From an uncultured bacterium (lineage in GTDB: Bacteria > Krumholzibacteriota > Krumholzibacteriia > Krumholzibacteriales > Krumholzibacteriaceae): DNA of 64,000 bases. Below, one piece after another: positions 1 through 7,825 of the stretch (position 1 is its first letter; the number at the start of each line of letters is the position of its first letter). The position numbers and the translations under genes are program-made. The stretch spans positions 320,001 to 384,000 of the forward strand of contig CAWFAD010000016.1 in NCBI GenBank assembly GCA_963813815.1, written 5' to 3'. The notes below the pieces were generated by a model. It was not told the DNA's origin. It saw nothing but the letters and a program-made list of their open reading frames with translations, and did not search any database.

Positions 1-1
1 T

Positions 2-3000
2 TTGTGGATGGAGTATGGAGAAGATGGAGTTCCTGTCTGCACAACGCCCAGCGAGCAGATGTATCCTGATATCACCTCGAACGGTTCGGAAGGAGCGATA
101 ATCGCGTGGTTCGACAACCGCGGATGGTATGGCGGCGCCATATACGCCCAGAGCGTGGATTCGATCGGGGCAGCGCAATGGGCGGTGGATGGGGTTGCTA
201 TTTCCAGCGCGGCGGCGGCTATGTATGATGCGCCTAAAATTAAAATCGTTTCCGACGGCTCCGGCGGAGCGATCATCACGTGGCTGGACAATCGTGGCGG
301 AAGCACCTACGACATCTATACCCAGCGGGTGGATGCGAGCGGGATACCCCAGTGGACGACGAACGGGGTCGCCATCTGCGCAGCCCCATACGAAAAGCTA
401 GATCCCCAGATCACGGCGGATGGCTCGGGAGGAGCGATCATCACGTGGCAGGACTATCGCAGCGGGAGCACATACGGCATCTACGCCCAGCGGGTGGATG
501 CGAGCGGGATACCCCAGTGGACGACGAACGGGGTCGCAGTCTGCACGGCGGCATATAATCAATATTACCCCCAGATAATCTCGGACGGCTTGGGGGGAGC
601 GATCATCACGTGGCAGGATCCACGCGCGGGATCCTACGACATCTACGCCCAGCGGGTGGATGCGAGCGGGATACCCCAGTGGACGGCAAACGGGGTCGTT
701 ATCTGCGCAGCTGCATACGTCCAGATAGTTCCCCAGATCACGGCGGATGACTCGGGCGGAGCGATCATTACCTGGCGGGACTATCGCAGCGGTAGCTATC
801 CGGATATCTATGCGCAGCGGGTGGATGCGAGCGGGATACCCCAGTGGACGGCAAACGGGGTCGCCATCTGCGCAGCCACAAACAGCCAGCTAGAAGCCCA
901 GATCACGGCGGATGGCTCGGGAGGAGCGATCATCACGTGGCAGGACCGTCGTGGCGGAAGCACCTACGACATCTACGCCCAGCGGGTGACTTGGAGCGGG
1001 GTCGTGCAGTGGATGACGGACGGGATCGCCGTCTGCATGGCGGGCTATGATCAGACGTATCCCCGGATCGTCTCCGACGGCTCCGGCGGAGCGATCGCCA
1101 CGTGGCAGGACACTCGCAGCGGTAGCTCCTACGATATCTATGCCCAGCGGGTGAATGCGAACGGAGCAGCGCTGTGGGAGGACGAGGGGGTTCCGATCTC
1201 CGCAACAAGTGATTATCAAGAAGTTCCCCGGCTCACTTCGAACGGCGCGGGGGAAGCGATCATCACATGGATGGATAGTCGTGGCGGGTATAGGGTCTAC
1301 GCCCAGCGCGCGACGGAATATGGTTTGGGCCCCATATGCAACGTGGAGCCGAGGGTGATTGATCTGCCGGAGGCCGTCCTCGTAGGCAGCTCACGGGACA
1401 CCTCATTCGTGATCACGAATGAGGGTGTGGAGCCCTTCATAGGCGGTGCGAGCGTGGTGTCCGATCAATTTTGGATCGTTTCCGGCGGCGGGAGCTTCCT
1501 CCTCTCGAACGGCCAGTCGCATGTCGTCACCGTTCGATACGAGCCGACCGCTCCAGGAACGCACAGCTGCACCATAGAGACGGGCGCCTATATCTGCAGC
1601 GACGTAACGATGACGGGAACGTCGGAACAGCTTCCCCCCGATTCCGTGATCTACGTGGATGCGGATGCGACGGGCGTGGGCGGCGGGAGCTCATGGCCCA
1701 ACGCCTTCACTGAGCTGCAGGACGCTCTGGCTCTTGCCCCGAGCTGCCCGGACGTGACGCAGATATGGGTCGCCGAGGGCACGTACCGGCCAACAACAGG
1801 CACAGACCGGACCGCCACGTTCCAGCTCCTTAACAATCTCGCGCTCTACGGCGGCTTCGCGGGTACGGAGATCGCGCGGGCCGAGCGCAACGTGCACGCG
1901 CACGTCACTACGTTGAGCGGCGATATCGGGATGCCCGGCGACGCTTCGGACAACAGCTACCACGTCGCGACGGGGAGCTTGACCGACACCACCGCCGTGC
2001 TCGATGGATTCACGGTGACTGGAGGAAAGGCCGACGGCGGCGATTGGGAGCAAATGGTGGGTGGGGGCCTCTACAATTTCAGGGGAAGCCCAACACTTGC
2101 GAACATCGAATTCCGCGCGAATGCAGTTCAGGGGGCTGGAGGCGGCATATACAATGAAGACGGCAACCCGAGAATGATCAACGCTATATTCAGGCAGAAC
2201 AGCGCCGCTGGAAAAGGCGGCGGCATGTGCAGCTATAACGTGTACGGTTGTCCGATCCTCACGAATGTATTGTTGATCGGCAATGCGTCAGGCGAGGCGG
2301 GTGGCGGAATTTACAGCGAAGGTTCCATGTCTCTCGTGCTCGTGAACGCGAGCTTCTTCGGAAACTCCGCTCTCGGGCCTGGCGGCGCAATGTGCAACTT
2401 CTCCGGGAGTCCAGTCATTACCAATACGATCATGTGGGGGGACAGCTCTGCATGGTGCAGCGAGGCATCTCAGAACTGTTCCGAAATCTTCAATTATCCA
2501 GGTGTAAGCCCGACGATCTCATATTCGCTGATTCAGGGGAGCGGCGGGAGCGCTGGATGGGATGCGTTGCTCGGCACGGACGGCGGCGGCAACATCGACG
2601 CCGATCCGCTCTACTACGGCGCGGAGGCGGGCGACCTTCGGCTTCTCGTGGGATCGCCCGCCATCGATGCCGGGAGCATCGTCTCGGGTCTTCCCGCGAC
2701 GGACATCGTCGGCAATCCCCGCATACAGGGCGTCACTGTCGATATGGGTGCCTACGAGGGAGGAACGGCGGCGCTCTTCAGCTATGCGCGCATGGACTCC
2801 CTCGTCGACGTTCCGGATGATCAGGGCGGTTGGCTGAGGATCCACTTCACGCGATCCTCCTACGACAACGCGCTCGAGGAGGAGTACCCGATCGAGCGGT
2901 ACGACATCCACCGGCGCGTGGATGACGTGGTGCTCCTCGCGAGCATAGCCGGCGCGGGAGAGGTCATCGCGGAAGATCTCACCGTAAAGCTGTCCGGCGG

Positions 3001-3880
3001 CGAGAAGATAAGCCTGGTGCCGCCTCCCTCCGATGCGGACAGCAAATATGTCAGTTACGCGGACCGGATCTATCTCGTGAATGAAGCCGACGCCGAGGCG
3101 ACCGCCCCCGCAGGCACGTGGGAGGTCATCGGAAACGTCTCCGCCGCGCAGCAGGAGCAGTACATCCGGCTCGCGCCGACACTGGCGGATTCGGCTGCGA
3201 CGATCCCATGGTCCGTGTACTACATCTCGGCGCATACGACGACGCCGAGCGTGTACTTCGATAGCCCTCCGGACAGCGGCTACTCGGTGGACAACATCGC
3301 GCCCGGGGTTCCCGAAGGTCTCATGGTTGCGTACAACACAGGGAGCGGGAACCAGCTGAGCTGGGATCCGAGCGTGGACAGCGACTTCCAGTACTTCAAG
3401 ATCTATCGCGGCACAGATACGGACTTCGTGCCTACGGCTGAGAACATGGTGGACGCGACGACCGAGACGGAGTGGAGCGATCCTGAGTACGACGGCTGGA
3501 GCGTTTACTACAAGATCGCGGCGCTCGATCATGTGGGGAACGAGAGCGCTCCGGCATCTCCCGAGTCGACGACGGGGAAGGACAATCAGCCGATCTCGGA
3601 CGCGTTCTCGCTCTATCAGAACATGCCGAACCCGTTTAACCCCAGCACGTCGATTCGCTACGATGTGCCCGCCGGTGTGGGGGCTGTGTCGCTTCGCATC
3701 TATGACGTGAGCGGCCGGCTCGTGCGGACGCTCGTAGACGGTCCGCAGGCGATGGGCCAGAAGACCGCCGTCTGGAATGGGGAAGATGATCGGGGACGCA
3801 GTGTGGTCTCAGGAGTTTATTTCTATCGGTTGGAGGCGCCGGGCTACAAGAAGACACTGAAGATGATATTGATACAATAG
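2..3880 (+). CDS. Large secreted multidomain protein (about 54-aa tandem repeats, Ig-like domain, beta-helix/choice-of-anchor Q region, FN3-like domain, C-terminal FlgD-Ig/T9SS-type domain); 5' end probably outside the window
   Basis: Repeats of PQITADGSGGAIITWQD..YDIYAQRVDASG; GGG(I/M)YN beta-helix motifs; SPAIDAG..DMGAYE; C-terminus LYQNMPNPFNPSTSIRY..IYDVSGRLVRTL..SGVYFYRL; no signal peptide at the visible start. Confidence 0.85.
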   Translation: MWMEYGEDGVPVCTTPSEQMYPDITSNGSEGAIIAWFDNRGWYGGAIYAQSVDSIGAAQWAVDGVAISSAAAAMYDAPKIKIVSDGSGGAIITWLDNRGGSTYDIYTQRVDASGIPQWTTNGVAICAAPYEKLDPQITADGSGGAIITWQDYRSGSTYGIYAQRVDASGIPQWTTNGVAVCTAAYNQYYPQIISDGLGGAIITWQDPRAGSYDIYAQRVDASGIPQWTANGVVICAAAYVQIVPQITADDSGGAIITWRDYRSGSYPDIYAQRVDASGIPQWTANGVAICAATNSQLEAQITADGSGGAIITWQDRRGGSTYDIYAQRVTWSGVVQWMTDGIAVCMAGYDQTYPRIVSDGSGGAIATWQDTRSGSSYDIYAQRVNANGAALWEDEGVPISATSDYQEVPRLTSNGAGEAIITWMDSRGGYRVYAQRATEYGLGPICNVEPRVIDLPEAVLVGSSRDTSFVITNEGVEPFIGGASVVSDQFWIVSGGGSFLLSNGQSHVVTVRYEPTAPGTHSCTIETGAYICSDVTMTGTSEQLPPDSVIYVDADATGVGGGSSWPNAFTELQDALALAPSCPDVTQIWVAEGTYRPTTGTDRTATFQLLNNLALYGGFAGTEIARAERNVHAHVTTLSGDIGMPGDASDNSYHVATGSLTDTTAVLDGFTVTGGKADGGDWEQMVGGGLYNFRGSPTLANIEFRANAVQGAGGGIYNEDGNPRMINAIFRQNSAAGKGGGMCSYNVYGCPILTNVLLIGNASGEAGGGIYSEGSMSLVLVNASFFGNSALGPGGAMCNFSGSPVITNTIMWGDSSAWCSEASQNCSEIFNYPGVSPTISYSLIQGSGGSAGWDALLGTDGGGNIDADPLYYGAEAGDLRLLVGSPAIDAGSIVSGLPATDIVGNPRIQGVTVDMGAYEGGTAALFSYARMDSLVDVPDDQGGWLRIHFTRSSYDNALEEEYPIERYDIHRRVDDVVLLASIAGAGEVIAEDLTVKLSGGEKISLVPPPSDADSKYVSYADRIYLVNEADAEATAPAGTWEVIGNVSAAQQEQYIRLAPTLADSAATIPWSVYYISAHTTTPSVYFDSPPDSGYSVDNIAPGVPEGLMVAYNTGSGNQLSWDPSVDSDFQYFKIYRGTDTDFVPTAENMVDATTETEWSDPEYDGWSVYYKIAALDHVGNESAPASPESTTGKDNQPISDAFSLYQNMPNPFNPSTSIRYDVPAGVGAVSLRIYDVSGRLVRTLVDGPQAMGQKTAVWNGEDDRGRSVVSGVYFYRLEAPGYKKTLKMILIQ
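250..1310 (+). repeat. Coding tandem repeat of about 160 bp (about 54 aa), several copies nearly identical in DNA
   Basis: 'cagcgggtggatgcgagcgggataccccagtggacg' recurs at about 322, 488, 650 and 815; 'gcgatcatcacgtgg' also recurs. Confidence 0.9.
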
Positions 3881-3914
3881 ACGGTGTTTCTCTCGGGTAG
3901 CTTTGGTTCTCAAT

Positions 3915-3959
3915 AGGCCCGGCTGTCAAGTGCAAGGTGCGCTCGGCAGCCGGGCTTTT
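3915..3959 (+). terminator. Probable intrinsic terminator
   Basis: Stem aggcccggctgtc..ggcagccgggctt followed by T's, just after the stop at 3880. Confidence 0.55.
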
Positions 3960-3994
3960 GAGCTGTGCGGCCCGCTGCGCAAGTAACCCAAAAA

Positions 3995-4037
3995 CAGAGA
4001 GAGGTTATGAAAAAGGTTGCGATCGGGGCGCCAGATT
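3995..4037 (+). repeat. 43-bp intergenic repeat, copy 1 of 4
   Basis: cagagagaggttatgaaaaaggttgcgatcggggcgccagatt aligns without gaps to copies at 6477, 7631 and 10729. Confidence 0.9.
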
Positions 4038-4082
4038 ATATTTTGCGTTAACCGCGCTTAACTCCTTAGCCCTTTTTCAATT

Positions 4083-4111
4083 TTGACATCCGTCCGTTCC
4101 TCGATTAGAAT
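4083..4111 (+). promoter_or_regulatory. Sigma70-type promoter of kinase 1
   Basis: TTGACA-N17-TAGAAT; the same promoter is conserved at 7718-7746. Confidence 0.8.
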
Positions 4112-4191
4112 CGTCTTTGAAGGCTCTAACTCCTTGGGGAAAAGCATCCCTGCAAGTTGGCTCGCGGCCCCCGCCGCAGCAAAGGGATCGC

Positions 4192-6432
4192 ATGATCGGC
4201 CGGACGATTTCACATTACAAGATCCTCTCGAAGCTCGGCGAGGGGGGCATGGGCGTCGTCTACAAGGCCGAAGACACCAAGCTTAGACGTACCGTAGCCC
4301 TCAAGTTCCTCCCGTCCGAGCTCACCCGCGATGCCGGCGCCAAAGCGCGGTTCGTTCAAGAGGCTCGAGCGGCAGCGGGGCTCAACCATCCCGGGATTTG
4401 CACGGTCTACGAGATTGACGAGCACGATGGCCGATCCTTCATCGCTATGGAGCTGCTGGAGGGGCAGACGCTGCGAGCCAGGCTCAATGCTGGGCCGATG
4501 CCTGCAGGAGAGGCGGTGGATATCGCCGCGCAGGTGGCGAGGGCGCTCGAAGAGGCGCATCGCAAGGGCATCGTACACCGCGATATCAAACCGGAGAATA
4601 TCATGCTCGCCTCGAGCGGCCATGTCATTATCATGGATTTCGGACTCGCCTATATGCCCGGGGTCACTCGCCTGACTCAAACGGGATCGACCATGGGCAC
4701 GGTAAACTACATGTCTCCTGAGCAGACTCGTGGTGAGGAGGTTGATGGCCGAACGGATATCTGGTCTCTCGGGGTGGTGTTGTACGAGATGCTGACGACT
4801 CAGCCCCCGTTTAGGGGGCTCTACGATCAGGCCATCATGTTCCAGATAATGAACGCGGAGCCCGCTACGCTCGCCGAGCTGCGTCCGAATCTGACGGGGC
4901 CGCTCGAAGCGATCCTGCGCCGGGCGCTCTCCAAAGACCCGGCGGATCGTCAAAAAGCGGCGGAGCTGGTCGCCGATTTGAATGCGCTAGCGGATCATGT
5001 GGGCTTCGCTTCCTCGGTCCCCGTTTCGGAAGAGGACAATGCGGGGCCGTCCATTGCGGTGCTGCCGTTTGTCAACATGAGTGCCGATCCCGAGCAGGAG
5101 TATTTCTGCGACGGCATTACGGAAGAGATTATAAATTCGCTGACGAAGGTTAAGGGCTTGCGCGTGGTTGCGCGAACCTCCGCGTTCTACTTCAAAGGAA
5201 GAACGCAGGACGTCCGCGAGATCGGAGCGAGGCTCGGAGTGGAAACGATCCTCGAGGGCAGCGTGCGCAAGTCGGGCAGCCGGGTTCGCATCACGGCGCA
5301 GTGCATCAGTGTGAGCAATGGCTATCACATTTGGTCCGAACATTACGATCGACAGTTGCAGGATATCTTCGCGGTTCAGGACGAGATAGCGCAGGCCATC
5401 ACAGAGATCCTTGAGCTAAGCCTCGTGAGACCGCGGATCGTTCCCGAGGAGAAGCGCCAGATCAAGGATTTCGAGGCTTACAATCTCTATCTCAAGGGCC
5501 GCTACCTATGGCGGGGACGAACGCTGCAGAAGATCGAGAAGAGCCTGAAGATGTTCGAGGCTTCGATCGCGAGAGATCAGTCTTCGGGCCTCGGCCATAG
5601 CGGCGTTGCGGATGTCTACAACCTCCTCGGTTGGTATGGTGTCCTCGCGCCTCGGGATTCTTTTCCGAAAGCCCTCGCGGCCGCCGAACGCGCGTTGGAA
5701 CTGGATGCCTCACTGGCGGAGGGCTGGACGTCGCGTGGATTCGCCAAGCTCTTCTACGTTTGGGATGGGCCCGGAGCGGAGAAGGACTTTCAGCGCGCCA
5801 TTGTGCTCAACCCCGGTTATTCGTTGGCGCATCATTGGTACGGGGAGTACCACCTTGTTGCGGGGAAGCTTGAGCAGGCGTTCGAGTATGCGCGCCGTGC
5901 GCTCGAGTGCGACCCGGTCAATCCAGCCCTGTATTCGTTAATGGGGTGGCTCCTTTACATCGCGCGGGACTCTGACAATTCCATCATACAGTGTTATAAA
6001 GCGCTGGAGCTGGATCCCGATCTGGCTTGGGCGAATGCGATACTCGGCTTCGGGCTCGTTCAACTGGGTCGCTCTCAGGAAGCGGTCGCTCCCTTCCGCA
6101 GAGCAGGCGAACAATTGGGGGAAGGTCTCTTCCGCGCGGCTGAAGGATACGCTCTCGCCTCCGGCGGGGATGCCTCGGGGGCTCGCACCGTTCTTGCGGA
6201 TCTGGCGCCGGGTGGCCGGTTCGGCTACGTATCTCCCGGTCTCGTGGGTGTCATCAACGCCGCTCTTGGCGACAAGGAGAGCGCATTCACATACCTTGAG
6301 AAAGCCCTCACCGAGAGGGATCTCCATCTGCTCTTCCTCGGCACAGATCCCATCTACGACAGCCTTCGGTCAGACTCGCGTTACGGCGATCTGTGCGCCC
6401 GCATCGCGAGCGCCAGCGGCGCGGTGTCCTGA
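4192..6432 (+). CDS. Hanks-type Ser/Thr protein kinase with TolB-N-like domain and TPRs (cytoplasmic)
   Basis: LGEGGMGVVY, VALK, HRDIKPEN, DFG, YMSPEQ, DIWSLG; SIAVLPFVNMSADPEQEYFCDGITEE; TPRs; start chosen by match to the paralog start MIGRTISHY. Confidence 0.93.
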   Translation: MIGRTISHYKILSKLGEGGMGVVYKAEDTKLRRTVALKFLPSELTRDAGAKARFVQEARAAAGLNHPGICTVYEIDEHDGRSFIAMELLEGQTLRARLNAGPMPAGEAVDIAAQVARALEEAHRKGIVHRDIKPENIMLASSGHVIIMDFGLAYMPGVTRLTQTGSTMGTVNYMSPEQTRGEEVDGRTDIWSLGVVLYEMLTTQPPFRGLYDQAIMFQIMNAEPATLAELRPNLTGPLEAILRRALSKDPADRQKAAELVADLNALADHVGFASSVPVSEEDNAGPSIAVLPFVNMSADPEQEYFCDGITEEIINSLTKVKGLRVVARTSAFYFKGRTQDVREIGARLGVETILEGSVRKSGSRVRITAQCISVSNGYHIWSEHYDRQLQDIFAVQDEIAQAITEILELSLVRPRIVPEEKRQIKDFEAYNLYLKGRYLWRGRTLQKIEKSLKMFEASIARDQSSGLGHSGVADVYNLLGWYGVLAPRDSFPKALAAAERALELDASLAEGWTSRGFAKLFYVWDGPGAEKDFQRAIVLNPGYSLAHHWYGEYHLVAGKLEQAFEYARRALECDPVNPALYSLMGWLLYIARDSDNSIIQCYKALELDPDLAWANAILGFGLVQLGRSQEAVAPFRRAGEQLGEGLFRAAEGYALASGGDASGARTVLADLAPGGRFGYVSPGLVGVINAALGDKESAFTYLEKALTERDLHLLFLGTDPIYDSLRSDSRYGDLCARIASASGAVS

Positions 6433-6476
6433 CTGCAGAGCACCTCCGAAGGCTAATGCGCCGAGGAACCCCAAAA

Positions 6477-6519
6477 TAGAGAGTGGTTATGAAGAGGGTT
6501 ACGTTCGGGGAGCCAGTTT
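6477..6519 (+). repeat. 43-bp intergenic repeat, copy 2 of 4
   Basis: tagagagtggttatgaagagggttacgttcggggagccagttt; similarity to copy 4 continues to about 6550. Confidence 0.9.
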
Positions 6520-6815
6520 TTCTGTCTGAATTCGTGGCACCCAGTTGGTTAGCACAAGCGCCCGAGAGCCGCATCCCGCGCGAGCCACCACTTCCCACAA
6601 ACCCAGTATAATTTGCGCGATGGACGGCTCGACGGGATCTCGAGCTCGTCAAGGAAACTCTCTCAGACACAGAGGGGGGCCATGATGTCTCTTCCCATTC
6701 CCATAGGCGCGAACCTTTTCGCTTTATGCCCGAAACGCCGTGTGATACAATTAGATCATTAGGGATTTCTTGCCGTGACGAAACTGCGACAACAGCTTTC
6801 GAAAGGAGGTGATTC

Positions 6816-7421
6816 ATGAAGCAATGCGAATGTCCTCTTATTGTCTTGTGCTTCTCTGCGTTGATGCTCTTGGCCGGGCCCGGATTCGGATTTGAAATCC
6901 TGCTCGACATCGACAACGACAACGACCCGGCGACGATCAACACGTTCACCTCGGCGACGAACACCGTCGTCAAGATAGTTCTCAATCCGACAATGCCTGG
7001 TGAAACGATAGGTTTTATCGAATTCGCCCTTGGCGGCACGTGTCACTTCTGTCCGCCGGACGATCCTTCGGGCGATGTTTATTGGGGAACGGCGATCGAG
7101 CATTTCCCCGAGGAGGGGTGGGTAACGGCGCCGGGCTTCGATAGCCAGGCCTTATACGCGGTGGGAGAGCTCTGCAACGGTACTTACGGTCCGTGGGTCT
7201 TGCTGCAGTTCGAGCCGAAGAGCGGGACGATTGATCTGAATCAGCCGATGTTTCTCTGCGAGTTCGACGCGTGGTCGGTCACCTATACCGACTGCCCGCC
7301 GGCACCTCATGATCTCATGGCCCTTTATAGCGCCTATGAGTTCTGGAACAAGGTGCTGCTCGACGTTCTTATCAACACCGACGTCGGCACCTGGGGGCAG
7401 ATCAAGAGCATCTATCGCTGA
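6816..7421 (+). CDS. Secreted protein with C-terminal TWGxIKxxYR motif
   Basis: Strong RBS aaaggaggt; hydrophobic signal peptide; ends GTWGQIKSIYR. Confidence 0.85.
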   Translation: MKQCECPLIVLCFSALMLLAGPGFGFEILLDIDNDNDPATINTFTSATNTVVKIVLNPTMPGETIGFIEFALGGTCHFCPPDDPSGDVYWGTAIEHFPEEGWVTAPGFDSQALYAVGELCNGTYGPWVLLQFEPKSGTIDLNQPMFLCEFDAWSVTYTDCPPAPHDLMALYSAYEFWNKVLLDVLINTDVGTWGQIKSIYR

Positions 7422-7432
7422 TAAGCTCCTCC

Positions 7433-7456
7433 GAGGGCCCGCCCGCGCGGGCCCTC
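7433..7456 (+). terminator. GC hairpin, possible terminator
   Basis: gagggcccgc-ccgc-gcgggccctc, perfect 10-bp stem; no U-tract. Confidence 0.4.
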
Positions 7457-7630
7457 GCCGTTAGGATTTCCCAAAGAAGCGCAGAGAGGAGTGTAATGCC
7501 CCCGGCATTTGAGCTGAGGGTGTTAACGCTCGGCGTATCAATGATGCTTCTTGGGCCCTGATCCCTGTAATCTGAGCCGTCGCCTCTCGCATTCGGGCCA
7601 GTCCTGAGCTATCCGGCGATCCTCACAATA

Positions 7631-7673
7631 CAGAGAGAGGTCATGAAGAGGGTTACGCTTGGGGAGCCGGATT
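7631..7673 (+). repeat. 43-bp intergenic repeat, copy 3 of 4
   Basis: cagagagaggtcatgaagagggttacgcttggggagccggatt; similarity to copy 1 continues through the promoter to about 7746. Confidence 0.9.
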
Positions 7674-7717
7674 ATTTTTTGCGTTAACCGCCCTAACTCC
7701 CTGGCTCCTTTTCAATT

Positions 7718-7746
7718 TTGACATAACACCGCGTCTCGATTAGAAT
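7718..7746 (+). promoter_or_regulatory. Sigma70-type promoter of kinase 2
   Basis: TTGACA-N17-TAGAAT. Confidence 0.8.
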
Positions 7747-7825
7747 GGTTTTCAAGCGGTTTGGCTCTTAGAGGGACGATTTTCTGCGAGGCGGCCGGAG
7801 CGGCGCGCCATCGCGAGGCGATTGA

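Noticed and set aside
250..1310. Regular direct repeats as a CRISPR array
   Set aside because: They are in-frame ~54-aa coding repeats without unique spacers, and no cas genes are present
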